The notes: generated by a model from the letters alone, not told the origin. A DNA stretch of 35,439 nt from Ministeria vibrans ATCC 50519 (GCA_943704425.1 CALSCP010000298.1:3959-39397), one strand, 5' to 3'. Shown: positions 1 to 13,996, counted from the stretch's first letter. Numbers and translations: made by a program.

Positions 1-33
<33 letters not shown>
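1..33. repeat. (AT)n microsatellite inside a CLC intron
   Basis: Pure AT dinucleotide run at the window start. Confidence 0.95.
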
Positions 34-36
<3 letters not shown>

Positions 37-40
37 TTAC

Positions 41-2988
41 AGATTGTGACAGTAATGCGACCACAGCCGGACCAGAAGGCAGCAGCACCTGAACGCAACA
101 GACGAGTAAGAGTGAGAGGCAAAAGGGGGGATGCGTGTGCATGCGTGACCGTGAGTGACACATCATTTATGAGAGTGAGAGTGAATGAGAGGAGAAGCTG
201 AGAAAGAGAGAGGGTATGTGTGTGTCATAAAAAGTGAGTGGTACCAATGACAGCCCAGGAACCCGGATCAATGGGTGGATGAATGTGAATAAACTCGTTG
301 GTAAAGAGAGCAAAGCCACGACCCACACACGCGCCAATGCTACACACAAGCAGGATGAGATCACACACCACCACGATACAAGTGCCCACATACAGACAGA
401 CAGACAGAGAGAGATAGAGAGGAGGGAGAAAGAAACAAAGTTATTGTGTCTACATATATCTCTCTCTGTCTGACTTACGTTAACATTGGTACAACCAATC
501 CGGCAGGAACACTCATTCCAGCGGAGATCACTGCCAGTGTGTAGTAGATCGCTAAGAATATGGCAATCGTCTTCATACTGAAAATCAGATACATTCCTAA
601 ACAAGAGAGACAAAGGCAGTGCGTGAGCAAGACATACCAAGAACAATAAACCGCACAGATACAAATCACTTCCAACTCAATCAAAATATCACCTGAAAAA
701 CATGTACACCCTCACTCACACTCACTCAAAACTCAAACTCCCTCACACAGCACCACATACCCTGCTTGAAGAGATTGCGAACGGCCTCATGGCCGCCAAT
801 GTGGATGAGCGTCGCCAGCTGGTTGTATGAGCCCTCAGGACACCCCTCGCGCACAATGTTGTTGTTTTCCATCCACTCGTCAAGCGAGTCGAACGTGCTG
901 TTGGGCCCACACACAATGTCGGGACACACCTATGACGCACACACACACACACATAGGGAAAAAGAGACAAAGTTGTGTGGTGAACAGTCAGTCACTCGCA
1001 CTTGATTATTGTTTTGCTTACTGTCCATTGATCAACCAAAGACTGAGCAACACAAATATTGTTCGTGATATCCAAATTCTACACACACACAACAAACAAA
1101 TCAACACTCATGAATGCACACACCTAAACACTCGACAGGGTCAACTCACACTCCAAGTGGACACATTGAACCCGTCAGCCTGTGCATAGAGCTCCTGAAT
1201 AGGCGTACACTCGTAGTTCAGAGGCGCAAACACTGTCACGGTTGACGTCACCAGCATGATCAGCAATGACTCGACCAGTCGTCGGTACCTGAGTAGCACA
1301 ACATCCAACACAATCAATGATACAGTTTCTTTCCCACACACAACCCTCATTGGTTCCATTTGGCAGCAAAGGCATGCCATTCTCACTAATATATCCCCTC
1401 CCATTTCCCATTTATATATTAATTGCATCTTACGGCCAGGCATTGATGCGCTTGACTCTAAAGTGGCGGATGCGCATGGAGATGGCAGTAAAAAGGGAGC
1501 CCAGCACACCACCAACACACCCGAGAATGGCATAGAAGACAACGTTGGTCGCTGAGTACAGCTCGTTGCACGTAAAGTCGACGCCAAATGCAGCAAAGTT
1601 GGCCGGATCAAGCAGTGAGCCCTGAATGAGAAAAGCCAGGAAGAAGTAGCACAGGGAGGTGCAGATGTATGTGCGGTAAATGAGCTTGCTGTTGTGGAAG
1701 GACACTGCCTCCTCAATTGCAAACAGCACACCACCAATCGGGGCACGGAATGCCGCCGAAATGCCTGCCGCAGCACCACTACATTTGTACTGTCAGACAT
1801 ACCAATAACAGCAACGACATGCCACAAAGACACAAGAGACGCCACAAAAACACACCACAAAGACACACACACACACATCACATCGCATCACATCGCATCA
1901 CATCACATCACAAAAACACACCACAAAGACATACATACATACATACACACACATACACACATATATATATACACACAAAATGTCGTACATGGCGACAAAC
2001 ATGCGTTCGTCTTCGTCGTTGCGGAACGAGTAGGGCCGCCCCACTTGTTGCGCACAGAACATCCGTCCGAGCATGTTTAGATCACGCACAACTCGTACAC
2101 CCATCAACGCTCCAATATGAATTGTCGGTCCTATTCAATCAAAGCAAACAGTTATTGCGCACACGTCCCCCGCCAGTCGATCGTACCTTCAGGTCCAACG
2201 TAGAGACCGCAACCAACAGCAAGAATCACGCCAAAGATTTTCACCATTAACGTCCAGAAGTCCATCGACTACACCACAGGTCAGACAACTCCCAATGGGG
2301 AAGAAGAAGAAGAGAGAGAGAGAAAAAAACGAAGGTCACCTTGGTCACACGTTGGCCGTTCAGAAAGGCAAGGACTTCAGGGATCCCCGAACCGCCACCG
2401 GCAGGCCAGGCCATGACAAGGAGCGTGGCAACGCCCACACACACGAACATGATCAGCGTGTTCTCAACCCACGCCTGGACAAGGTTGCCGGCTTCCATGT
2501 CTGGCGCCAAACGAAGGAAAGACACACACATCAGAGTGAGTGAGAGTGAGAGGGTGGCAAGGGTGACACTTCAACGTACTCTGCACAAGCAGCGACTTGG
2601 TTGCCTCGCTCAGAAGGTCCGTGACATACTCGATGAAGCGGTAGATGCAGGCGACGATGAAGGCAATGAGGATGAGCATCACCCAGCGCAGGGAGGCGCG
2701 CAGCTGGAGGAGGGAGAGGGCAGAGGGGCGAGAGGCAACGAGGCCGGTCAACAAGGCATATGCGCGCTTCTCCCCCGTCCGCACGACCCTGACTCACCTT
2801 CACATCACGGCGTGTACGCCTCGCAACAAACTCTTGGTACTCCTCGTTGTTCCACTGTCGTCAATCGGAGTGTGAGAAACGTTCAAAATTGCACTCCGTT
2901 TGGGTACCGTTTCATAGTCCAGAGACTCCACGGGAGACTTGGGAGGATACTTGTCGCAGAAGAACGACTTCAGCGACGGAATCTTCAT
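41..2988 (-). CDS. CLC-family chloride/proton exchanger (CLC-6/7-like), multi-exon, 3' end outside window
   Basis: Spliced GT-AG exons give MKIPS..VESLDYE, GGGSGIPEV, VGPEGPTIHIG, GAAAGISAAFRAPIGGVLFAIEE, GMSVPAGLVVP, IGACVGR, IDPGSWAVIGAAAFWSG. These are the CLC signature motifs, with both gating and proton glutamates present. Confidence 0.95.
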
Positions 2989-3301
2989 CAGGAGCAAAAT
3001 AATTATTAGTGAATGAATATTGAATATTCTCAAATAATTGAAAATCCTGTTTCATGAATAAAAATTTAATGGGTTGTATTCTTCTAATAATAATTATATT
3101 GTCGATATCCGATTAATGAGAAAAGAAGATTAAACACATCTTGAGTTTCTTGACTCACTCCAAAAAGGTATAGCCTTTATAGATAGATGGTAGTAGAATA
3201 AGTAGACCCACAAATTACAATTAACAAAATAATGGCCTATCACTGTCTGTCATCACAAATTCTTATGTATTATTCCTTTTGAATTTTAAATTTTTAATGT
3301 T

Positions 3302-3479
3302 AATAAGCATAACTCATGAGTGGATTACAATTATACAGAGTATTACAATTTCAATGCATGATAATGAGAACCAATGCCGTAAAAATCCAGAATAAGCATA
3401 ACTCATGAGTGGATTACAATTATACAGAGTATTACAATTTCAATGCATGATAATGAGAACCAATGCCGTAAAAATCCAG
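3302..3479. repeat. Perfect tandem duplication, 2 x 89 bp
   Basis: aataagcataactcatgag...aaaaatccag occurs at 3302-3390 and again at 3391-3479. Confidence 0.95.
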
Positions 3480-3521
3480 TCTAAGACACCGCCCCTTCGC
3501 ATCCTCCTTATTTCTGTTTTG

Positions 3522-4543
3522 TCAGAAGGTGTGCAGCGCAAGGTCGTTGAACACGAGTGGATCAACATTCGCACACTTTGTCACGATCAGAGGACGCTCA
3601 GTGGCCGTCCCTATCGCCTGCACAACCCTCCCCCGCATTAGAATCACACTTAGTTCTCTTTCGCTCTCGCGTTCTCTCTATTTGGCATGTGTGTACCTTT
3701 TTGAGAGAGGGATACTGCGTAAGCTGACGGTCCGTCAGAGTGAGTGCGTAGCGCGCAAAACTGTTTCCCAACAGACACACTCGCGCGAGAGCCAAAGCGT
3801 TTGCCGAGAGTACATTGTCGTAGTGTTCGCGCTCGCAGTGGGGCATGTAGAATAGCGTTTTGTGAGCGGCAGTGTAAGAGCATTGCTGCAAAAAAGGCGA
3901 ACCAGTAAGAGAGACGCACTTTTTGTTTCTGGTGGACCATTTTACAGTGTTTTCTGCAAGCAGTGTGAATGAAAAGTGCTCAATTAGTTGAAGATCGGAG
4001 TCGGAGAACAAAGGATCGTACAGGAGAACACGGCCTGATATCTGAAGGAAAACAATGCATAGTGAGACCAAAAAACCCCCCTAACAGTACATTGGGAGGC
4101 ACCTTGAGATGCGCTGCGATCAGAAGCAAGAGCGAAAACTGCGCACGCGACGACTTAGAGCAGGCCATGCTTCCCAATCCAAAGCATACAATGTCTACAA
4201 CGGGCTCCGAGGGGGCAATCGATGATAGAAGGTCTACAGACGGAGGCGTTACGGTGGGAAAGCGCGTCGACGAGTGGAGTCACCTCGGACGCTCGTCCAC
4301 AGCTGCGATTCGCTGAGAGCCTCCCTAAACGCCACGTGGGTGTGCGCCGTTAAGATCATGCATGGTTTCCCGACGCACTTACGTGGAGACGAGGGGGAGC
4401 AGGGTCGCAAAGGCGAGTGCGCTGCGCGGGTCAACATGCTGCACATCCGTCCCCTTGCGCGCCGGCCCTTTCGCTTTCCGAGGCGCTCCTCGTCGACCCT
4501 TGACAACAACAAACTCGCCATTGCCGTCAGGATCGTCTTCCAT
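3522..4543 (-). CDS. SRRD: SRR1-domain protein (SRRD-like), multi-exon
   Basis: Spliced product: MEDDPDGNGEFVVVK..., DIVCFGLGS, SRAQFSLL, LLYDPLFS, TLFYMPHC, LLGNSF, VFNDLALHTF*. These match SRR1 family motifs. Confidence 0.9.
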
Positions 4544-4809
4544 CGAAAAGATCAGAAAAGAAGAAAATTGATTGATCACAGATTGTGTGAATAGAGTGAA
4601 TATCGACTTCCTGACTTCGTTCCTGACGTCCTCGCCGCGCATCCTTCAACCTCGCACCTCCCACGGTCCCACTCACTTCTACAATACATCTAATAATCAT
4701 CTATGGGTATTGGGGACCTCGACCTTGCCAACAAATAGAACAGTGAATTGTGATAGAAGAAGATGATAGAAGTAGAAGAATACAACCCATTTATTAATGA
4801 TACAGTCAC

Positions 4810-4845
<36 letters not shown>

Positions 4846-4856
4846 TGATGATGATT

Positions 4857-5912
4857 TTACAACTGCTCATCAACGTCGAGAAGCGCCACGACCACATCAC
4901 CAAAGGAGGGGCGCGTTGATGGAACCCAACACTTGCGCATGACAGCGAGGTACTCGGGGGGCGCCGTGCGCTCAATCGCCTCAGGCACTCCCGGGCGGCC
5001 GCCACGGAGCACACTCTCCTTCACAACACTCAGAAGAGGCTCGTCAGCAAAAGGAAACTCGCGCGTGAGAATCTCCCACAGCACAATGGCAAACGAGTAG
5101 ACATCCGACGCACTCGTGTTTCGATTGCCCCGCAGCAGCTCGGGTGCCATCCACAAGAGCGAACCAGGATTCTCGGCAAACCCCCCAGAGGCGACGCTCA
5201 GTTCCGTACCCGTCGTATACGGCTCGGTTGAATCGTTAATGACGCGCTCAACGGGCAACCGACCGGGTCGCGCTGCAGTCGCAAGCTGACTTGATCCAAA
5301 GTCGGACACCTATAACATAGAAAAAATAAGAACGGTCATATCAACAACGCCACTTGATACAACCGTTCTTTGATACCTTGACAGTCCACTTTGCGTCCAC
5401 AAGACAGTTTTCACTCTTGAGATCCCGATGGAGTAGTGGGGGGGTGCGTGAGTGCAAATGGCGCATTCCACGCGCAATGTCCAATGCAAAGCGCACTCGC
5501 AATGGCCAATCCAATTCATCTTCTCCATCCAGCACACTCCTTAGCGACCCTCGCTCCACAAACTCCAACAAAATGAAGGGCGTCCCGTCCTCATACATTC
5601 CCGTTCCATAAAAGTGCACCAAATTTGCATGTTTCAAACTCCGCATAAAGTCCACTTCACGCGCAAACAAAGCAAGCGACGACTCGTCCATTTCCAATAC
5701 AGCATGCATCAACTGAGTGAAAGAGACAGAAAAACAGACAGTGAGTGAGAGACAAGTGGAGCAAGTGGGTGAAAGTCTATCACACTGTTCCATTTAATCA
5801 TCGTTGCACTTGTCAATCTTACGCGTTTGATTGCGACTGACTTTCCAGCCCATTCTCCGCGAAACACGTCACCATACGATCCCCGGCCAATCCGCTCCAC
5901 TATATCAACATC
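4857..5912 (-). CDS. TKL-group protein kinase domain; the last 3 exons of the LRR receptor kinase whose 5' part lies at 14044-18010
   Basis: IGRGSYGDV, VAIK, HRDLKSEN, SDFG, GSLLWMAPE, SDVYSFAIVLWE and CW..RPSF are present. The first exon starts after a TTTTAG acceptor with no ATG. Confidence 0.93.
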
Positions 5913-6034
5913 CTAAAATCACAATCAATTCCAGAATTATTACAACACACACACACACACACATACTCTCCATCACTTTGCTGTTTCTCCCAATCCTTCT
6001 GTCATTTTGTTTTCTCTGTGTCACTTTGTTCTTT

Positions 6035-6136
<102 letters not shown>

Positions 6137-6154
6137 ATGTGCATGTGAGCTCAC

Positions 6155-9100
6155 TTGAATCGACTCTTCTTGGCTTTGAGCGCATCCTGAATAGTTTTGA
6201 CCTGCACAGCAACAACCGAGAGCACCTCAATGCTGATGCGATTGAACTCGTCAAAGCAACCCCACGAGCCGGACTGAGCTAGACCCTTGTAGATGTTGCC
6301 CACGGACGTGTAGTCCATCTGCTCGCTGCAATTGAACACGTACACCGGCAGACCCAGCGATCGTCCCAGATCCTTGGTCGTCTCCGTCTTACCCGTGCCC
6401 GCTGGTCCTGCTGGTGCCCCGCTCATGACCAGGTGTAATGCTTGCGTTAGCGTCACGTAACACCGATCCGTCAGCGGCGTAATCACCAAACGCGGCAAAT
6501 TCCCCAAGTACCTTACAAAAAAAAGGTGAGAGGAGGCACAATAATATTGTTTTATTATTATTATTATGTTAGGGTTAGAGTTGGGGTTAGGGATTATAAT
6601 TATAATTATTATAATTATTATTATTATTGTTTGATTCTCTATTTTTTTCTTATTGTCTTACTCATAGGCATAGCGAAACTGAGCATCGCAAATGTTGGCC
6701 ATGCAGTCCTTGTACTTGTCTTCGTCCCAGCGGTGGCGCAGCTGCGACTGCCACGCAAAGCTCTGTGCATTCTCTGCCTTCTCCGTAATAAGCTTCTGCA
6801 CCACATCGCGAGCGTGCACGTCAATGGTGCAGATGGTCATGATCGTCTGGCGGTCCAGTTTGCTCAGTTCGCCAATAATCAGCCCAATTAGCGAGTTCAG
6901 CTGCGCCACTTGCTTCTTGTAGTAGTCTTTTAATGCCTAAATTTAATAATAAAAAAGACACAAGGAAGAAAACAATGAGCTTGAGTGAGATTTTTGTATG
7001 TGTACCATTTCGTGACCCTCTTCAAGACGCTCAAAGGCCAACCCCACTTCGGTGGTCCACCAAATCTGCACACCGGCCAGCGACAACTGCGCAGGGTACT
7101 CGAGAAGCCACTGCTCGCGGGGCTTCTCTTCGTACGACACCACGGCGCTCGTGAGGATGTCCTTGAGGGTTGCGCGCGACGTGCGCATCAGCAGGTTGAG
7201 CCAGTCTTCGACGGGTCCCGTCAACTCCACCGGCTGTGTAAACTCCACATACTCCTTCTCGCCACTCCACATGCCGACGGCCGTCTTGCTCATGTTGCTT
7301 GCCTCATCACCGCCCGCCTCGTCAATCTTGCGAAAAGTCAGGCTGTGCATGTTCGAAAACAGCTTGCTCAAATGCCGCACCACTTGCAACGGTGCATTCC
7401 CATTCGATAGGATGTCCAGCAGATCCGTCGGTGACGTAAAGTAGAATCTACAGGTCACAAGAGAGAATCAGAAACACGCAGAAAACAGGAAGGCGGAAGA
7501 AGAAGACGCACCGAGGAAAGGCAAGTCGTTTGGTCTCCAGATACTCGGCCAGAGCCTTTTCGCACAGGGCCAGTCGCTCTTGAATGTCCTCAAAGCGGTC
7601 AAAGAGACGTGCCCGATTGCACACCACAACCACATTGGTCTCGTCTGTCATTCCGCCCATCAGCTCCTTCCAATCACTGTCAATTCCATCAAACCTAAAC
7701 AAAAAGAGTGGGCGCGTACGTGTGTGAGTCATAAAGAGGAAAAAAGAACGCGCTAAAAATACCGCTTCGCATCGTCTGGGAGTTGTTTGCGAATGTCGTC
7801 ACTGCCAATAAAGATGCTCTCCAGATGACTCCAAGTCCGTTGGACCTACACACCGAACAAGTCGACTCGCACTCAGTTTGACACATGTGAAGCAGTTTCA
7901 TTAGGTACCTCAAGCCAAATTTGAATGACGGAATCGACAGTGGAGAGCTTTGAAAGCCACGACGAGACCTGCTCCTGAAAGAACCCAATGTGCTTGGAGA
8001 CCATCAGGTTCTGCACTTGAACCTGAACATCACAGTGAAAGAAAGAGAAAAAGAGTGAGAATGAGAATGAGAATGAGAATGAAAAAGAGAATTAAGAATG
8101 AGAATGAGAAAAAGAATAAGAATGAGAGTGAGAATGAAAGAAAGACACAATAGAGAATGTAAAATACGCACACTCACCTGATTATCTTCCAATGCCTCAA
8201 TAACAACTTCGTCGACCCGCACGACGAATGTGCCAGTGCGCGTGTGCTTCTCGTACACAAAGTGCATTCCCGACCATGTCTTCTCCAACTCAGACAGTGT
8301 TTTTTCCATAGACAGTTCTTTCACTGCCTTGTCCACAATGTTTCGCACCTAAACACAACAACAAAACAAAAAAAGAGGTGAATTAACTGAAGTCATCAAG
8401 AACATCGTTAAAATTGTACCTCGTCTTCAAAGTTGTGAAGTTTGAGAGCCAATAAATCATCGAGGCGTGTTTCGTCGGTCATGTGGAAGCGCACTTTCGT
8501 TACATCAATAAGTTGCAGCCAATGACGGTCGCGAATGGCCGCGTTGTTGAGCTCACTGACGGACCGCACGGACGTCACCTGTGCGGCAGTTACAGATCCC
8601 ACGAATGAACAATGGGCTTTTGCTTTTGTCGATTCATTTGTGTGTGCTTTGTCATACCATGTTCTTGAGTGCACTGTCAAGTCCTGCGTAAGCATCCCAC
8701 GAGCGCACGTGTTTGTCAAGCGAACGAATAAAGTTAAGCATTCGCTTGACTTCCAGTTCAATTTCGTCGACGTTGATTGACTTCCACAGCGCCACGCGCC
8801 ACGAGTCAAACAAGTGCTGCACAAACGAAATCTAAAAGGAATAAACCCGACAAAAAAGAATGAGTGAAATCATTACGAAAAAGGCGAGGGCCGAACCATG
8901 TCCCAGAGCGACTTGAGCATGCGGGTCTCACGTTCGCATGCCTGCAGCTGCTTGTAGACAGGCACGGTGTACTCAAAGAGCGCACCCGACTGCTTGAGAC
9001 GACCCAATTCCGTGAGGTTTGCATCAACCTGGGCGCGCAACTCGTTGATGGTGCGGTAGGCGCTCTCGGGTGGAATTGCGTATTCAAAGGGCGCAAGGCG

Positions 9101-12100
9101 GAGAAATTTTTCGCGGAACTCAAAATTGCGCATATTGAAGGCATCGCAGCGACCCTTGAGCTTACGCACTTCCTCCTCCTGATGGGGCGCGCACGCGTGC
9201 TTGCAGTTGAGAGCCATTTTCTTGAGGATCGCCCAGTCGTCAACCTGTGCCTCCAGTCGCTGCACCACCTCCGTGTCAAGCTCCACATTGAACTGTGCGA
9301 GCAACGTCACGGTGCGGTTGAGCGGCTCAAACATGGCGTCGGTGCGCTCGCGACGCTCACGCTCACGCTTCAGCACACCCATTACACGCAAGAGACCATC
9401 GTAGTCGCCGGCAACCACCTCTTCTTTGAGCACTGGCCGTGCGGCTGCCAGGAAGACGTCGAGTTCGCGTGTGCGCTCAATCACATCGTTCTGCAGATGC
9501 TCAATAAAAGTGTATGACCAGCGCTTGATCATGTTCGCAAGCACCTGCTTAAACGGACGTACGTCGACACGCAGCCACTCGTCAAATGTGTACGTGTCCT
9601 TCATTGCCTGCACGTCATTGTACATTTGCTCAAACTGAAGAAGAAGAAAAAAGAAAGAAAAGAAACAAAGAAACGAATGAGAATGTTGTGCCGGAAAACA
9701 AAAACAAAAAACAAATTGTTATGCTTCAGTACCTTTCGGATTTCGACATCAAAGGCTTCGAGAGTTGGGGTTTTCTCGGGAACGCCGTCTTCACCGTAGC
9801 TCTCGACCTCTTCGGCAGTGACAATGTGGCCGTAAAGGAGGAACTGGCGTAGAAACTCGGCGCGGTCGTCAAGCCACAGGTAGGCGTAGTGCTCGAGACT
9901 GGCTTGAAACTCAAGACAGGCGTTGACGACGCTTGACGCTGCATTGTTAAGCGTTGTGCGGAGCGTGGCAACAGACTCGTCGCGTTGCATCAGTGCCAAG
10001 TAGTCATTGTCGTCGTCGTCGTCGTCGTCGGCAGCGGCGACGGCGGTGGTGGTGGTGGCGGTCGTGCTTGAAGTCGCGTCGGCCACGAGTACAACCGCCT
10101 TGGCTGAGGACGACTGTTTTTTTCCAATGCCAAGGCGCGGAACGAGGGTCGCTTGATGGTAAATGTCGGTGAGAAGAAGATGGAGGAGAGCATCGAAGGA
10201 GGCGGGGTCGTCTTCGCGGTCAGCCTCCATGGACGGCTGAAAGGCCATGTCGGGCGGTTGCAGGACAAACTTGGCCTCGATGAGGGGAGCAGAGGAGGAG
10301 GAGGAACCACGAGTACCAGTGCTGACGGCCATGTTGTCGAGAAGAAACTGCAAAGAGGTTTTGATGGCACGTGCAAAGCCGTTGGCGACCAGTGCGTCAA
10401 TGTGGTCGCAGTAGCCCGCCCAGTCGTCGCAGTTGGGATCACTCACTTCAAGTGTAGTCCGTGTATCTTCAAGGAGCTCGCGAATGCGCTTGCCGTGCAT
10501 CTCGATGAGGGCATACCGACGATCAAGGGTCGCATGACGGTCGTTGCTGATGAGCAACAGACCACGCTTGCCACCAGCGCCGCGTTCGTGGAGCGGTGCA
10601 CTCGCCCACTCTGCCATGAGCGATTCCATGGCGCGCACGTTGTCCTTGGCGTGTGCCAGACGACGGTTAAGGTCGGTGACCTCAGTGCGCACCTGGGTAA
10701 TGTAGTCATCGACATTGTCGTTCCAATTGAGCGACGCGAGTGCACGTTCGAGAAGACGATCGACCTTTTCAATGCGTGAGCGCAAGAGAGGCGCCTCGAC
10801 GCTGATCATGGTGCGTTGCACTTCGTTGTAAAGGGTAGTGGCAACGTCGAGGTTGCCGACGTGCTGACGAAACTGCTCGTTCTTGGCAAAAAGGCTCGCT
10901 GCGGTAGTGGGGATCTTTCGCGAGTCGAGAGGGTCGAGATATTTGACTTCGCGCAAGAGCGCCACGAGTTCACGGTCAAAGTTGACGTTGATGAGGCCCG
11001 TTGCTTCGTCGCGCACGAGAAGCGTGCGCTCCAGGTTGGTGGTGCTGATGGCGTCGATGCCAGCGGCCCACTGCTGGTGCAGACGCTGGTCGTAAGCATC
11101 GACAAGCGCCGTCATCTCGGTGTGCTTTTCAACGGCAAGAAGACCGTCTGTGGTACGAAGGGCGTCGGGTAGGAACTCGGTAAACTTGTGCATAGGCCCA
11201 TCAATGCGCTGGCGCAGTTCGCTGCTCCAGATGAGCGCACCCGCGACCGCCGGTTGGTTCTTGTGGACAGGTGGGGCGGCCGACTGGGCATTGTAGAGAG
11301 CGCGAACACGATCGAGTTCGGCGCTGTAGAGGGCGAGAAGCGGCTCCTGTTGGGTGTCGATGGCGGAGCGTATGATGGGGCGACTTCCCATAGACTGGAA
11401 GGTCTCGATGACCTTAAAGCGCGCCTCGGGGGTCATGGCATCGTCAAAGGCTGCGCCAATGATGGACGCTAACTGACGGTCAAGGTCGTCGATGCGACGC
11501 AACATGATGGCGTACTCACGCTCAAAGGCACGCTCGGCGGGGTCCACACAGTCAAGGCCCTTCTCGCCAAGTGCTTGCCACAGCTGATCAAACGACTTGA
11601 ACACCTGCTGCACATGGTGCGTCAGTGTCTTGCCCTGACTACCGCCCATTTCAACCTAAACAAAAGACGAGTGATGAGCAAAAAAAAGAACAACAGAGAG
11701 AGAAAGAGGAGACCTTTTCGAGGCGAAGATACTCTGCTGCTGTGTGAAAGAGATCCTGCACCATGTGAATGCGCTCTTGGTAGAGATTCAAACGTGACAA
11801 GACCACATTGGAGTCAAACTGCCACGCATTGCACCTGATACGTGTATGAGTAAGTGAGTGAGTACGTGAGTAAGTAAGTGAGTGAGTAAGTGAGTGAGTA
11901 CGTGAGTGAGTAAGTGAGTGAGTACGTGAAGTACGTGAGTGAGTAAGTGAGTGAGTACGTGAGTGAGTACGTGAGTGAGTAAGTGAGTGAGTAAGTGAGT
12001 GAGTGAGTGAGTGAGTAAGTGAGTGTATGTGTGTACGTTACGTATGTGTGTATATATAATACTAATAATTATAATAATAATAATAATTATTATTATTATT

Positions 12101-13565
12101 ATTATAAATATGATGTGGGTATATGGATGTGTTTGGGAAATGTATGTGTGGGTGTATGTGTGTGTGCGTACGAGCTTTGTTCTGCGTCTCGGTTGATGGC
12201 TGCGCGACACATGTCAAACTCGCTTTGGAAGTCCTTGGCCATTTTGGTTGCGGCATCAATGCGTTCCGTTGCATCATCGATTTCAAGCTATAAAACAATA
12301 AAAAACCCCCCCAAAACAAAAAAGAGATTCGGGTGAGTGAAGAGAATTAAACAGTCACACAGGCGCGCACTTTGAAGATCTCCTCGGGCTGAATGTGTGC
12401 ACGTGCATGGTCAATGAGCTCATTGACAATCTCCCGTAGAAGCACTGTGACGCGATCAATGCGGTTGTAATACTTGGAGTGGCGCCAGACGAGCCCCAGT
12501 GCGTGGAAGAGGGGCGCAAGCACAGAAAGAATCTCGTCGAGATTGGTGTTGTCGGGCCCGAGGGCGTCCAGGTGCGGCTGCAACGCACGCAGGTGCAACT
12601 CAATGTCCCGTGCCTCGCGCAGGGCCTCCACGACCTGGCAATGATGCGTGACGCAATGAATTGAGTTGAGTACGTCTGCTGTGTGTGGATAAATGGGATG
12701 TGGGACGGTTACCTCTTGGGTCATTTGGCGGTAGGAAGGGTAGAAGGAGGACTTGCACAGCTCAAGGACGCGCGCCAGTTTGCGTGTCTAAGAGTGTGGT
12801 GTCAGTGGTGACAGTTGCTTTGATTCTTTTTTGTTGCAGTACCTTGTCCTCTTTGAGCTGCTCAAAGATGCTCTCGAGGTTGTCGCGACGAGCCGACCAG
12901 AAGGCAATTTCGCTGGCGGGTGTGGGATGCTGGCCCATTTTGAGCTGAGTGTCGGACGAGGTGCGCAGGACGGCGCGAATCTGACGGCTCCACTCGACAA
13001 TGGCCGTCTCGATGTTGTGTACGAGGGTCTTGTCAATGCGTGGATCGTCCGAGTCGGCACCCGTCGGCATGGGCAGGAGCGTCTTGCCGCGCGCCTGGCC
13101 GCCGACGACGTAGAGGGAGCTCTTGAGCGAGTGCATGTGCTGGAGGACGTCGTCCGCGACCACTGCCGGCCAGTCTTGCTGGTTCTGCTTGTTCGCGATA
13201 AGTGGAATGAACACGTCGTCGACGAGGGCCGACGTATAGTCGAGGGGCGCATAGGAAATGTCACCAAAGGCAAGCGACGCCTCAATGTTGTCGCCCGTGA
13301 CACCCGCCTCGCTGAGTTCACGTCGCATGAAGAAGCAGCCCTTCTTCTTCAGGGGCGCCTGTGGCGGCTCGCGCAGCGCCACAACCTGGTCTTTCAAGTC
13401 GACGACGAGGTAGAGCATGCGCTCACGGCCCGTCTCCAGGTAGTGGATGATCGTCTTGCGCTCGTCGTCGTTGTTCCACATTTTGCGCCATTTTTCGTCG
13501 CGCAAGCGAGTTGTTTCAAGGAATCGTCCGCGGATCCATTCGATACGTGTGTCGAGGACCGTCTC
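6155..13565 (-). CDS. Axonemal dynein heavy chain, outer-arm beta type (DNAH9/11/17-like); tail, linker and start of AAA1 only
   Basis: [71 protein letters not shown], Walker [16 protein letters not shown] and Walker [11 protein letters not shown]. The coding sequence stops at KKSRF|GT. No start exon was found before the N gap. Confidence 0.93.
11846..12022. repeat. Intronic minisatellite, ~12-bp unit GTGAGTGAGTA(A/C)
   Basis: Tandem gtgagtgagtaa/gtgagtgagtac units inside a dynein intron. Confidence 0.9.
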
Positions 13566-13895
13566 CTATCCCAAGAAGAGTATAAAGTATTATAATGTAT
13601 ATTCACAATAAGAAAATTATCGAGCAATAGAATGATTTCTATTATTGATCATCAGGAAATGAATGAAAAGAGAGTGAAACGAGAGTGAAAAATGAATCCG
13701 TGCCGAAGACACGAAGAATGTATGCTTGATGTGGTTTGTGTGCGGGTGGCTAGGGTTGAGGTCGACTGGGGATGGGGAAGAGGAGGAGAGGAGACGTAAA
13801 GGAAGAGAAAGAGTGCACTATTGTGTGATTGGAGACAGGCTTAAGCTTATAGGGTACTTCGCGATGTACAGTGGAATCGGCGGGTGGGGGGGGGG

Positions 13896-13904
13896 NNNNN
13901 NNNN

Positions 13905-13996
<92 letters not shown>

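Noticed and set aside
11846-12022. CRISPR-like array
   Set aside because: There are no unique spacers and no cas genes. It is a simple minisatellite in a eukaryotic intron.
8864-13595. Long + strand ORFs opposite dynein, and similar ones opposite HPS4, EPDR and ING
   Set aside because: They are antisense shadows of GC3-rich coding exons with no recognisable motifs.
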